Below, one piece after another: positions 29,401 through 38,755 of a stretch of DNA of 64,000 nt. Each line of letters starts with the position of its first letter. Within the stretch, counting starts at the first letter, position 1. This DNA comes from an uncultured Chthonomonas sp. (GTDB lineage: Bacteria; Armatimonadota; Chthonomonadetes; Chthonomonadales; CAJBBX01), in contig CAJBBX010000118.1 of NCBI GenBank assembly GCA_903951425.1, positions 85,273-149,272 on the forward strand. Reading direction: 5' to 3'. The translations under genes and the position numbers were made by a program. The notes under the pieces were generated by a model. The model saw only the letters and a program-made list of their open reading frames with translations, searched no databases and was not told where the DNA came from.

Positions 29401-30025
29401 CGAGTCGCCCACCTACGACGTGGTTGCCGGCACCGGCACGCCCGTGCTCACGTCCTGGCAGCCGGCAGAGGTCGCTGCCGCCTACGCATCCGGCAAGGTG
29501 GTGCGCCGCGCGCTCCCCGGAGCGGAGACCGCGCAGGTGGCGGGGCCGTGGAAGGTCACCTTCGCCACGCGCTGGGGCGGCCCAGGCCGTGTGGCTTTCG
29601 ACAACCTCACCGACTGGACGACGCGTCCGGAGGAGGGCATCCGCCACTTCTCCGGCACCGCGGCCTACGAGACCACCTTCCAGGCGCCGGCGGCATGGGT
29701 GGCAAGCAAGAAGGTGGTGACGTTGGACCTGGGTTCGCTGAAGAATCTGGCGGAGGTGAGTCTCAACGGCCACGCGCTGGGCGTGATCTGGCGGCCGCCG
29801 TGGCGCGTCGATGTCTCATCGGCGCTGAAGCCGGGCGCCAATCGGCTGACCGTGCGGGTGACCAACCTGTGGCAGAACCGCCTGATCGGCGACGCGGCCC
29901 TGCCGGAGGCGAAGCGCGTGGCCACGGTGACGCACAACCCGTACCGGTCCGATTCACCCTTGGCGGAGTCGGGACTGCTGGGGCCGGTGACGCTGCGTGC
30001 CGCGTCACCGACGACCCTGCGGTAG
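26447..30025 (+). CDS. GH106 alpha-L-rhamnosidase-like secreted enzyme
   Basis: WWHWLAGN, GWSSSGGPW, GLECDKLS, IDSYE, MSEFW, GAEAFT, C-terminal ESGLLGPV. F5/8-like insert. Confidence 0.85.
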   Translation: MICRRLMPLLAAAGALLAVPARPDDLERGFRNPPVSAWPQVWWHWLAGNVSRPGITADLEAMKRVGIGGGTIANIPFAADGPAPFMTPAWREMTKHAVREADRLGLEVGCFNCEGWSSSGGPWVKAAEAMQALVWTEAQVQGGGHVVARLPQPTTRLGHYRDVALLAFPTPEAEHIRPVHDLRPAASTGSGTPVDGASLCDGDPGTFIATPFDGRRDGHLDLTFDRPVSACGFRLTPGPQWTRDDVELLVSDDGAGFRSVGRYPMPQSFLDIGVEWQTTASFAQVTARVFRFAFHLSQGRTFQADATANTVADLELTAEPGSRLIPDNTVVDLTVRMGADGSVQWDAPAGDWTLLRLGHTPIGKKNHPVTKWGEGLECDKLSREAVESHCRSFVNKVIADAGPLAGKTLAYSLIDSYECGDQNWTPALPDEFHRLRGYELRNWLPALTGRTLGDEATTRRFMDDFRRTVADLWNESYYAAFTRIVRRQGLKSSAEAYGNGGFDALRASGVSDMPMSEFWFGNLDDGGISRMAASAAHVYGRPIVGAEAFTSGDLWNFDPWSMKTQGDWIYAQGVNRYYFHSYAGQRWTDDRKPGWAWGNGIHLTRNLTWWEQGKAYFGYLGRCQYLLQAGKPVADILSYAGEDGYSFNSEGRALRTAPEGYALDGVDRDMLLQGLRVVGWRIVAPSGATYRILVLPNERAMSPRVLRRIADLVRQGAVVVGPRPSRAFGLAGFPRADDEVIGLAAKLWDGLDGKATICNRVGKGRIYWTGDAVRVQPALDDVRLRPDCAIRTDDTTRMLWLHRRVGGAEVYFITNQEPLSARATCTFRVAGLLPEVWDAETGAVRVAPVWRTEPGGLTAVDLRFGPGQALFVVFRKRAQAVDRLVRLEWRPASPEAARRHTLDINRALYAASDGFGAPQDLTARVAAQVRGGAIKLDATNTLAGGDPAPFHVKELRVEYTYDGRPGSVTVRENGVLRIPAVQADAESPTYDVVAGTGTPVLTSWQPAEVAAAYASGKVVRRALPGAETAQVAGPWKVTFATRWGGPGRVAFDNLTDWTTRPEEGIRHFSGTAAYETTFQAPAAWVASKKVVTLDLGSLKNLAEVSLNGHALGVIWRPPWRVDVSSALKPGANRLTVRVTNLWQNRLIGDAALPEAKRVATVTHNPYRSDSPLAESGLLGPVTLRAASPTTLR

Positions 30026-30032
30026 CCGTGGA

Positions 30033-33000
30033 CTATGGCATAGCGACCAGCCTGCCGTCCAGCTCGATGGCGGTCACCTTGCCGTCGGAGCCTGTCATCA
30101 CGAAGGCGCAGGCTCCGGCGGGCATCTGCAGGTTGGCCGTCATGCCGGGCAGGCGGACGGGCAGGGCCTGCTCGCCCGTGTCGGTGCGGGCTAGCATGGT
30201 CAGTCGCCCGCCGCGCCGATCGGGGATGGTGAGGCAGCGGACCGTTCCGCCGGGCGCCCGCACGGTGTTCGGATGGACCCCGGCCCGATGCAGGGCCACG
30301 GCGTAGAGGGCCTCGTCGGTGTCGTGCGGCCGTAGCTCCAGCGGGTAGGGCGCGAAGAGGACGCGGCCCTTGCCGGCCTTGGCTTCCATGGGCGGCTCGC
30401 CCCAGATGTCGTCGGGCACATCGAAGGGAGAGACATCCTGACGCCTGGCCAGGCCCAGCATGGCGTAGCGCGCCTCCTGCGTGGGCCGACGGGCCCCGTC
30501 GAATCCGATGCCGCCGCTGAAGTAGAGCGTCCCGCCCGCCACAACCCAGCGTGCCACCACTTCAAACGCCGCGTCGGTCGGGCAGTAGGGCAAGGGCCAG
30601 AAGATGGCGCGCGCACCCTCGGGAACCGCGGCAAGGTCCTCCTCGTTGAGCACGCCGAAGTTGACTTGCTGGCTCAGCAGCAGCTCGACCGAGCGCTGGA
30701 GCGCCGAGTGGATGGCGTCGAACCGCGGCCCAACGCGGTGCGCGTCGGGCAGGAGCAAGTAGACTTTGGGCCGCTCGTAGACGGGCTCGAAGTCCTTTAG
30801 GAAGGCGCCGAGGGCGGCGTAGGTCTTCATCCACGGCTTGGCGACGGGCGTTCCCCGATGCCAGAGGCCCCAGGGGAAGACCATCTCGTCCATGTCTTTC
30901 CAGCACCAGGCCGCGGCGAAGGCCCCGCCCAGGCCCACCGCGTGGTGGACCGTCCAACTGAAACGGCGCTTGCTCTCGGCGTCCGGTGCGCCGATGGCTC
31001 CGGCGTTGCGCGCCTGGTGCGCCTCTTGGGCGCCGAACTCGCCGACGCTGAGGCCCTTGCCGTAGGCGCGGCGGTCGATGAGGCTGAACTCCAGCGGGAA
31101 GCCGCGAAGGTCGCCGTAGTAGTGCATGTTCGAGAAGTCGGTATGCCGGACGCCCAGCACCTTGTCGGCGGGCGGCATAGATGGTAGGTAGCCCACGCAG
31201 ACCGGCGCCTTCGGGTTGCCGCGCTTCACGCCCTCGACGTTCGCCTGGAGCCACCGGTTCAGCACCTCGGCCTCGAAGCGCTTGCGGTCGGCGGTGCGGA
31301 CGTCGTCCCACCGATCGGAGCCGCCTTTCAGCGGCACGTTGGGCAGGGCGGCCTCGGGCGGGGTAGCGTGCCAGGCGGCCTTCAGCGCGGCGTCGGAACC
31401 GTACTTGCGGGCCAGCCAGGCGTTCCAGAGCGCCGCCATGTCCGGCCGGTCGGGGATCGACACGGCAGGCTCGTTCTGGATGTCGAAGAAGACGCCAGTC
31501 GCGTCCTTGTACCGGTCGGCCCAGAAGGCGTTCCAGTCGGCCTGTGCGCGAAGGTCCTCATCCGTGAGGGCCACGTCGAGCCAGTCGTGGAGCGTCAGGA
31601 AGATCGCTACGCGGCGCTTCATCGCCAGGTGGACGATGGCGTCCATCTGCCTGCAGAGCCGTTCGGGCCGGTTGGCCAGGTCTAGCGAGTTGTGCGCGGC
31701 CTGCCCCTCGTAGCCCGCCTTGGCGAAGGGCGAGAAGTGGAGGATACGGAGGATGCGCACGTTGCTGGCGGCCATGCGCAGGAGGTCAGCATCCCAGACG
31801 GCCGGGTCCTCACGATCTGAGTAGAACATGAAACCGGTCTGGTTGGCGCCGAGCAGGAAGCGGGGGACGCCGTCGACCGTCAGGTAGTTGTCCTTCCACG
31901 CAACCTTCGGCCCGATGGCCAGGGTCGTGGCCTTGCGGACGACCAGACCGGCGAAGGCGGTGTCGGCCAGCGCGATGCCCACGGTCAGATTGGCCGTCAG
32001 GCGCACGATGGATGGCAGCGACTCGTCGATGGCCAGCCGCATGCGCACCATGGCGCCCGTGTGCGGCTCCAGCTTCACCTTAACGGAGGAGACGGACCTG
32101 GCCTCTGCGTAGACGGAGACCGTGCCGGTCTTGGCGGTTGCCGAGTCGTTGCGAACGCGAATCTCAAGCACAGCCGTCTCGCCCGGCGAGTAGGATGCGT
32201 ACTCGGACCGCAATCCGCGCAGCCACATGTTGCCGGCGCACGCCTCGGCGGCCAGCGCGAGCAGCTTCTCCTGCCCCTGGCCGCCCAGCACGACCTTCTG
32301 CCCGGTGACGCCGCTGAAGGCCCAGGTCGAGCCCGCGTAAGGACCCGTATGGTTGCGCATGAGGCTTAGGGCGGAGCCGCGGGGCCTGCCGTCGGCGTCG
32401 GCCAGTTCGAGCATGGGCACCCAGCGGCGGTAGACCGGCGGGAACACGGGATTGTTGTCGCCGATGAGGCCCGACGCGGCGAACCCCTCGGCCGGTTTCG
32501 GCAACACCGCATCCAGCCGGCTGGCGGCCGTGGGCCAGATGCCGGTGAGCCATGCCGACGGCTGCGAATGCGTCGCGCCCTTGAGCTGGAACGACGGGTC
32601 GAAGATGCCGATCTGCTCGGGCGCGAAGGTCATGGCGTCGCCGGCTCGGCCGAACCGCGTGGTCATGCCTTCGGCGGCCGGGATCGGCTGGGTCATCTCA
32701 CCGGCTGTGACGCCGCTGCCCGCCTCGACCCACGCCTGCCCGTTCCATTCGACCAGCTTCTGGAATGCATAGCCGCCGAGCGCGATGAACCCGCCACCCT
32801 CGCGCAGGTAGGCGAGGAAGGGCTCGCGCAGCGCGGCCGGGAAGTAGGGGGCGCTGGGGAGCACGAGGGCCTGCATCCGGCTCTTGGACAGCAGCCCGCT
32901 GGCCAACAGGTCGCCCGCCCTGATGATCGGAACCGAGTAGCCCCGGTTCTTGAGCGCCTCGGCCAACTGCTCGGCCTTGTGCGCCGCAACGAAGCCGTCA

Positions 33001-33632
33001 GGTAGCCCCGGCCCCATGTCCAGGATGCCGATGACGGGCCTGCCGTCCTGATTGACGCTGAGCCCCGGGGTCACCGGTAGCTCAGATCGTGTTGGTCCAT
33101 CGTCGATATCCCACTCCATGGAGTTCATCACGACTTCCAGGTCCGCGTAATTGCACCCTACTAGCATACGGCTAGCCGCGGCCATATGGCGGGTACCTGC
33201 GCCCCTTGGCTCAAAAGCAAACCGTGTTACTGGGATCCGCAGCGTACGTCTCCCGGCCTTCCATTGGCCGAACGGCACTCCGTCAGCGGTAACCGGGGCC
33301 ATCCAGGCGTCCTGGTCGGGCTCCCATAGCCAGACGTGCATGGCCGCGCTACCGGACGAGCGCACCTTGGTGAGCGTAACCAGTAGCGCACGGGCGCGCG
33401 GCGGTACCGTGCAGGGAGCAGTCAGGTTACCCCAGTGTGGTGCAGCATCATGGTAGGTGATGCGCATTCCACCCGGCGCGGCGGCCACCTTCGGCGCCAG
33501 TCCGCCGTCGTTCTGGTGCCGCCAGACACCCGGGTCCTTAAAGTTGTGCAGGGGCGTCCGGTCGGCCCTGCCCGCCGTCGGCGTCGCCAGTAGCGCCGCC
33601 ATGGCCAGCACTGCAAGCACGTACCTAGACAT
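30033..33632 (-). CDS. Secreted multi-domain clan GH-A hydrolase (GH5/GH42-like) with trimerisation-like domains
   Basis: Signal peptide, DIQNEP, WLARKYG...LKAAW, MHYY, VGEFGA. Confidence 0.65.
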   Translation of the reverse strand: MSRYVLAVLAMAALLATPTAGRADRTPLHNFKDPGVWRHQNDGGLAPKVAAAPGGMRITYHDAAPHWGNLTAPCTVPPRARALLVTLTKVRSSGSAAMHVWLWEPDQDAWMAPVTADGVPFGQWKAGRRTLRIPVTRFAFEPRGAGTRHMAAASRMLVGCNYADLEVVMNSMEWDIDDGPTRSELPVTPGLSVNQDGRPVIGILDMGPGLPDGFVAAHKAEQLAEALKNRGYSVPIIRAGDLLASGLLSKSRMQALVLPSAPYFPAALREPFLAYLREGGGFIALGGYAFQKLVEWNGQAWVEAGSGVTAGEMTQPIPAAEGMTTRFGRAGDAMTFAPEQIGIFDPSFQLKGATHSQPSAWLTGIWPTAASRLDAVLPKPAEGFAASGLIGDNNPVFPPVYRRWVPMLELADADGRPRGSALSLMRNHTGPYAGSTWAFSGVTGQKVVLGGQGQEKLLALAAEACAGNMWLRGLRSEYASYSPGETAVLEIRVRNDSATAKTGTVSVYAEARSVSSVKVKLEPHTGAMVRMRLAIDESLPSIVRLTANLTVGIALADTAFAGLVVRKATTLAIGPKVAWKDNYLTVDGVPRFLLGANQTGFMFYSDREDPAVWDADLLRMAASNVRILRILHFSPFAKAGYEGQAAHNSLDLANRPERLCRQMDAIVHLAMKRRVAIFLTLHDWLDVALTDEDLRAQADWNAFWADRYKDATGVFFDIQNEPAVSIPDRPDMAALWNAWLARKYGSDAALKAAWHATPPEAALPNVPLKGGSDRWDDVRTADRKRFEAEVLNRWLQANVEGVKRGNPKAPVCVGYLPSMPPADKVLGVRHTDFSNMHYYGDLRGFPLEFSLIDRRAYGKGLSVGEFGAQEAHQARNAGAIGAPDAESKRRFSWTVHHAVGLGGAFAAAWCWKDMDEMVFPWGLWHRGTPVAKPWMKTYAALGAFLKDFEPVYERPKVYLLLPDAHRVGPRFDAIHSALQRSVELLLSQQVNFGVLNEEDLAAVPEGARAIFWPLPYCPTDAAFEVVARWVVAGGTLYFSGGIGFDGARRPTQEARYAMLGLARRQDVSPFDVPDDIWGEPPMEAKAGKGRVLFAPYPLELRPHDTDEALYAVALHRAGVHPNTVRAPGGTVRCLTIPDRRGGRLTMLARTDTGEQALPVRLPGMTANLQMPAGACAFVMTGSDGKVTAIELDGRLVAMP

Positions 33633-33659
33633 TGCCTGCCTCCCTTGCGACCAATGCCG

Positions 33660-35258
33660 CTACAGCCCCAGAAGCCGACGCTTGGCGGTGAGGAGCCACG
33701 CCGCGCCCCGCGGGAAGCGGTCGTAGCCTTGCAGCGGCGCCAGGAGCGCGTCGGCGGGGGTGGAGCCCAGCGTGCGCAGTAGCGCCTGGTCTCGCAAGCC
33801 GTCGGCGAAGACCTCCCACCGGATGCTGTCCAGCGGCCCCTGCGGCCCCGGATAGACGACGAACGGATCGCCGTAGGGCCAACCCGGCCAGGCGCCGCCG
33901 GCCTGCTCCGAGAAGGGGTCGACCAGCTGCCGCGACTGTGACCGGTACCAGTAGTTGTAGCCCCAGTGGAGGAAGCCGCCGGCCTCGAAGCGATGGAGCA
34001 GCCAGCCGATGGAGCGGATCTTCACCAGCGGCGTGTCCATCAGGCGGTTCACGAACCGGCCGCGCGGCCCGCAGCAGAAGTAGGCCCACGCCGGAATGCC
34101 CGCCTCGGCAAAGGCCCGGGACTCGGAGATGGAGGGGATCGGGATGTCCACAAGCCCCAGTTTGCCGAACTCCAGGTTGCTCAGCGCGTCGGACGACCGG
34201 AGCCAGGGCGCCAGATCGCGGAGCATGGCGCGGGCGCTGCGATAACTCTCCAGGTGGTCCAGCCCCGGCTCGTCCGAGACGTGGAAGAGCGACACATCAA
34301 GCAGCTTGCGCTCGCTCAGGAAGGCGTGGAACCGCGGCAGGAACTGCGCCAGGAAGCGGCGGTAGATCGGCGAGACGGCGCCGGTAGAGGCGGGCCAGAG
34401 CAGCGAGGCCGGGTCGGCGTTGTCGCGGTAGACGCGGAGCGCGTGCTTCACGCCCCACTGGCTGAAGAGGTGCGTCCACTCGAAGTAGCTCGCACCGGCC
34501 TTGCGGGCCGTGGCGACCCAGCGGTCCACATCGGTGAAGTCGAACTCGTAGCGCCCCCGTGTCGGCTCCGACACGCGCAGGAGCTGGGTGGGGCGCTTGA
34601 CGCCGTCGGTGGGCGGTGTGAAGATGGGCACGTACTGGCTGGAGCCGCCGTGGGAGGCGTGGTCCGTCATGTACCGCCGGCAGATGGGCCAGAACGCCTC
34701 GGAGAAGGGCTCCACGCCGTACCAGTCGCAGAGGGCGTCGGCGTAGAACCAGTGCGTTACCCAGAAGGGCTTGCGGAGGTCGATCGCCGGCTCGCCCACA
34801 AGTAGCGTCACGCGCATCTCGGCGGGCGGCTGCCCCTCGATGCTTGTGCGGACCAGCAGATCGTGGGCGCCGGGGTCCATGCCTCGGGCCGTGGAGAGGC
34901 TCACCCAGAACGCGGCGGTCTCCGATGGTCCCACCAACGCCGCCTGCTCCGGGTAGAGCGGGTCCGGCGCCAGGCCCGGCACATACCCGGAGCCCTCGCA
35001 CTCATCGGCCGGCGTGTCGGTGTTCAGGTGCGCCATGGCGACCATGCCCACGCGGCGCACAAGCGCCGCAAGTCCCTCGCATCCCGGCTCCACAGCGACC
35101 TCGGCCCGAACTGCGGAGGTCGAGCTGTTGCGGACGCAGACCTGGAACGAGGCCCGGTCATTGCGGGCCGCACAGACGGTAAGCGACGTGGCATCCCGCG
35201 CAGGGGATGCGGGATAGACGCGGCGCAAGGATGATTCGAGCCAGGCGCAGGCGGACAT
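33660..35258 (-). CDS. DUF4091 / GH123-like glycoside hydrolase
   Basis: PDPLYP, HVSDEP, WAYFCCGP, GFLHWGYNYW, GDPFVVYPG, SIRWEVFADGLRD. Confidence 0.8.
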   Translation of the reverse strand: MSACAWLESSLRRVYPASPARDATSLTVCAARNDRASFQVCVRNSSTSAVRAEVAVEPGCEGLAALVRRVGMVAMAHLNTDTPADECEGSGYVPGLAPDPLYPEQAALVGPSETAAFWVSLSTARGMDPGAHDLLVRTSIEGQPPAEMRVTLLVGEPAIDLRKPFWVTHWFYADALCDWYGVEPFSEAFWPICRRYMTDHASHGGSSQYVPIFTPPTDGVKRPTQLLRVSEPTRGRYEFDFTDVDRWVATARKAGASYFEWTHLFSQWGVKHALRVYRDNADPASLLWPASTGAVSPIYRRFLAQFLPRFHAFLSERKLLDVSLFHVSDEPGLDHLESYRSARAMLRDLAPWLRSSDALSNLEFGKLGLVDIPIPSISESRAFAEAGIPAWAYFCCGPRGRFVNRLMDTPLVKIRSIGWLLHRFEAGGFLHWGYNYWYRSQSRQLVDPFSEQAGGAWPGWPYGDPFVVYPGPQGPLDSIRWEVFADGLRDQALLRTLGSTPADALLAPLQGYDRFPRGAAWLLTAKRRLLGL

Positions 35259-35304
35259 GGTGGTTCCCTCCCGGTGACGGCGCACCCGCGCCGCCGTGGC
35301 CTAG

Positions 35305-35332
35305 GTTCGGCGGACGCACAGCAGGTTCCTGC
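35305..35332 (-). promoter_or_regulatory. GCAGGA-N18-GAAC promoter-like motif (copy 1)
   Basis: Upstream of the DUF4091 gene in the sense orientation. Confidence 0.6.
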
Positions 35333-35530
35333 GGCGGGCGAGGCAAGCGCCGGGGTCGGGGCCCTTCACTTCGTTCAGGGCGACGTCAACGGCAGGCGGT
35401 GCGCGGCCCAAGACTGGTCGGTGGGGCGGTCGTTAGTGGGGTCAACGCGGTCATGCCCGTGCCGTCGGGTCGCCGGAGGGCGACTTCGCGCCGTTCGTAG
35501 CCGTCGGCCCTTGCCGGTGGCCCTACCTCG

Positions 35531-35558
35531 GCAGGACTTGCCGCACTTGCCGTGGAAC
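35531..35558 (+). promoter_or_regulatory. GCAGGA-N18-GAAC promoter-like motif (copy 2)
   Basis: Upstream of the GH32 gene in the sense orientation. Confidence 0.6.
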
Positions 35559-35604
35559 TTGAGCGCGGCTGGGTGGAGTTGCCGGCCGACACCGGGAGGG
35601 CGGA

Positions 35605-37908
35605 ATGCGCGAGTGCTTGCAGTGGGGCGGACCGGCATGGCAGATCATACTGGCGGCGGCGCTGGCCGTGGCGGCCTGCGCTTGCGCGGCGGGGCCGCAG
35701 ATCGGCGACGGCGTGGTGCGTGACAAGACGCTGGTGGTCTGGGCCGCCGTGAGCGATCTGAAGCAGCAGGGCGGCAGCGCGCTGACGCTGGACGACGGCG
35801 GGCCCATGTTCGACGGCATCGTCTTCGGCGAGCTGGCCAAGGCGCGATGGATGCCGGGCAGCGACGGCTGGAACCGCACCCAGCGCGAGCAGGACGCCTG
35901 GCCCGCCGAGGCCGCCGGCCCCGACGAGTTCGTGCAGGTCGCCGTCAGCTACCGCGGCAAGGAGGTCTCCCTCTACCGCAACGGAGCGCTGGTGGCCCGC
36001 TACGCCATGGGCGGCGAACCGGTGAGCTTCGGCCCGGCGGCCGTGGTCATGTTCGGCAAGCGCCACACGCAGGCCGGCGCAAGCGACACCTTCGCCGGCC
36101 GCATCCGCGACGCGCGCATCTATGCCTCTGCCCTGGACGCCGAGGCCATCGGTCGCCTCAAGCCGGGCTCGGTGGAGGGCGGACCGGCGCCCTGGGCCTG
36201 GTGGTCCTTTGCCGATGAGGGGCTCCGCGAGCGCACGGGCCGCTTCGCCGAGATCAAGCTCGTGGGCGATGTGAAGCTCCGCGACGGCTGTCTGGTGCTG
36301 CCCGGCAAGGGCGCCACGGCCATCATGACCGCATCGGCGCAGGGCGCAGCTGCCGCCGTGCCGCAGCAGTGGGGCTTCACGGGGCCGGTGCCCGACGCAG
36401 CGCTGCAGTCGGCACGCCTCCTCCGCGAGCGCTTCCTGGCGGACCCCTGGCGGCCCGGCTACCACTTCTGTGTGCCCGAAGACATGGGCGAGCCCGGCGA
36501 TCCCAACGGCGCCTTCTACGCCGATGGCCGCTACCACCTGATGTACCTCTACAACCGGAGCGGCTCGGGCTTCTGCTGGGGGCACATCTCCAGCGTCGAC
36601 CTGCTCCATTGGCGGCACCAGCCGGACGGCATCGGACCCGGCGGGACCGACGAGGGATGCTTCAGCGGCGGCGGGTTTGTGGATGACGACGGCGCGGCGT
36701 ACCTCTCCTACTGGATGCTCTGGGGGCCCAAGGGCATCGGCGTGGCCCGCAGCGCCGGCCCACCCTACGACTTCTGGCAGAAGTCCGAAGCCAACCCCGT
36801 GATCCGCAGCACCGAGTTCGGCCTCACCGAGACTACCGACGCGGCGGGCATGCCCATCACCATCGGCTCGGCGGATCCCTCCAACATCTGGAAGCACAAC
36901 GGCAAGTACTACATGCTCACCGGCAGCCTGCTGGTGCTGAACAAGATCGGCCGAGCGCCCGACGCGCCGCTGAGCGAGCAGGGCGACCGGCTCTACCTCT
37001 TCGAGTCGACCGACCTGAAGAGCTGGACCTACCGCCACGTGTTCTACGAGCGCAGGCCCGAGTGGACCGACCGGAGCGAGGACAACATGTGTCCCAGCTT
37101 CCTGCCGCTCCCGTCGAGCCCGGACGGCGGCAAGGCGAGCGGCAAGCACCTCCTCCTCTTCATCAGCCACAACATTGGCTGCCAGTACTACGTGGGCGCG
37201 TACAAGGACGACCGCTTCCTGCCCGACAACCACGGCCGCATGACCTGGGTGGACAACACCTTCTTCGCCCCCGAGGCGCTGGTCGACGGCAAGGGGCGGC
37301 AGATCATGTGGTCCTGGCTTACGGACAACCCCGGCGGCGACAAGGCCAAGGGCTGGTCGGGCGTCTTCGGTCTGCCGCGGACGCTCTGGGTCGGCTCGGA
37401 CGGGACGCTACGCATGCGCCCGGTGGCCGAACTCGAGCGGCTTCGGCTGAACCCAAAGGCATGGCGTCCCACGACGCTGTCCGACGCCGCCAAGCCGCTG
37501 GAGGGGGTAAAGGGCGACTCCTGTGAGATCGCGCTCCAGATCGCCCCCGGCACGGCGCAGAAGTCCGGCGTGAAGGTCCGCGCATCTGCCGGCGGCGAGG
37601 AAGAGACGCTGCTCTACTACGACGCCGCCAAGCGCGCCCTGGTGATGGACAGCACGCACAGCGGCGTTGCGGGCCGCAAGGTAGTGGAGAGCGCGCCGCT
37701 GGAGCTGAAGGCCGGAGAACCGCTACGGCTGCGGGTCTTCGTGGACAAGTCGGTCGTCGAGGTCTACGCCAACGACCGCCAGGCGATCTGCCGCCGCGTC
37801 TTCCCCGGCCGGCCCGACAGCCTGGGCGTGTCGCTCTATGCCGAAGGCGGCGCGGCCAAGTTCAGCGGCGTGAAGGCATGGGAGATGGCGGCATCCAATC
37901 CGTACTGA
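35605..37908 (+). CDS. GH32-like beta-propeller hydrolase with N-terminal LamG-like domain
   Basis: RPGYHF, DPNG, YHLMY, WGHISSVDLLHW, CFSG, C-terminal LRVFVDKSVVEVYAN. Signal peptide. Confidence 0.85.
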   Translation: MRECLQWGGPAWQIILAAALAVAACACAAGPQIGDGVVRDKTLVVWAAVSDLKQQGGSALTLDDGGPMFDGIVFGELAKARWMPGSDGWNRTQREQDAWPAEAAGPDEFVQVAVSYRGKEVSLYRNGALVARYAMGGEPVSFGPAAVVMFGKRHTQAGASDTFAGRIRDARIYASALDAEAIGRLKPGSVEGGPAPWAWWSFADEGLRERTGRFAEIKLVGDVKLRDGCLVLPGKGATAIMTASAQGAAAAVPQQWGFTGPVPDAALQSARLLRERFLADPWRPGYHFCVPEDMGEPGDPNGAFYADGRYHLMYLYNRSGSGFCWGHISSVDLLHWRHQPDGIGPGGTDEGCFSGGGFVDDDGAAYLSYWMLWGPKGIGVARSAGPPYDFWQKSEANPVIRSTEFGLTETTDAAGMPITIGSADPSNIWKHNGKYYMLTGSLLVLNKIGRAPDAPLSEQGDRLYLFESTDLKSWTYRHVFYERRPEWTDRSEDNMCPSFLPLPSSPDGGKASGKHLLLFISHNIGCQYYVGAYKDDRFLPDNHGRMTWVDNTFFAPEALVDGKGRQIMWSWLTDNPGGDKAKGWSGVFGLPRTLWVGSDGTLRMRPVAELERLRLNPKAWRPTTLSDAAKPLEGVKGDSCEIALQIAPGTAQKSGVKVRASAGGEEETLLYYDAAKRALVMDSTHSGVAGRKVVESAPLELKAGEPLRLRVFVDKSVVEVYANDRQAICRRVFPGRPDSLGVSLYAEGGAAKFSGVKAWEMAASNPY

Positions 37909-37963
37909 GGGGGTGACACCGTAACGCGAGTGTCCGTGTCAGTCCGTGTTCGCCCGTGTCACC

Positions 37964-38668
37964 CTACCCCCACTCCGCTACCAGCGGCAGGTGGTCTGAT
38001 GCCGGCGAGGCTACGGTCCATGCCCTGGCCTCGCCCAGCTTCGGGCTGCGCAGGATGACATCGATGCGGGCGTTGGGAGCGTCGGCCGGATAGGTGGGCT
38101 GCGAGTCGGCCGATGCGGCGTCGGCCAGGCCGGATCGCCGCACGAGTTGGGTGACCTCCAGGCTGTCCGGTGGGGCGTTCAGGTCGCCGCAGAGGATCAC
38201 GGGCTCGGGGCATCCGCCGGCCATCTCCGCCACGGTGGCTGACGAGAGCAGGCGGTCCGTGGCGTTGAGACTCCAATGGGTCGTCATGACCCGGAGCGGG
38301 CCGCCCGGCGCATCCACCACCAACTCGAGCAGACCGCGGCTCTCCCAGCGCATGGCCGGGCGCTCGCGCTCGCGGTCGTTGGTCAGGCGGTGCATGCCGA
38401 TGGAGTGGATGGGCAGGCGCGTGGCAACGGCGTTGCCGAACCGCGCGATGCCCAGGCGGCTCACCGGGTGGAAGGCGATGCGCATGCCCAGCATCCGCTC
38501 CAGTTCCGCGGGCTGATCGGCGAAGCGGCTCACCGGCAGGAAGCGGTGGACCTCCTGCAGGCAGACCACGTCGGGCCGCAGGTCGCGGAGCGTGTCGGCC
38601 ACGCGGGCGAGGCTTCGCACGCCGTCGCAGCCCAGCCCGCCCCGTATGTTGTAGGTCACGATGCGCAT
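37964..38668 (-). CDS. Endonuclease/exonuclease/phosphatase (EEP) family protein
   Basis: TYNI, DVVCLQEV, GNAV, GDLN, RIDVI, SDHLP. Confidence 0.9.
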   Translation of the reverse strand: MRIVTYNIRGGLGCDGVRSLARVADTLRDLRPDVVCLQEVHRFLPVSRFADQPAELERMLGMRIAFHPVSRLGIARFGNAVATRLPIHSIGMHRLTNDRERERPAMRWESRGLLELVVDAPGGPLRVMTTHWSLNATDRLLSSATVAEMAGGCPEPVILCGDLNAPPDSLEVTQLVRRSGLADAASADSQPTYPADAPNARIDVILRSPKLGEARAWTVASPASDHLPLVAEWG

Positions 38669-38755
38669 GGGCGCCTCTCGCGGCTCGCCTTCGTTGGGTA
38701 GCATGGACACAATGGCGCGCACTCGCGCCCGCTCACGCGTAAAGGATAGAGCACA

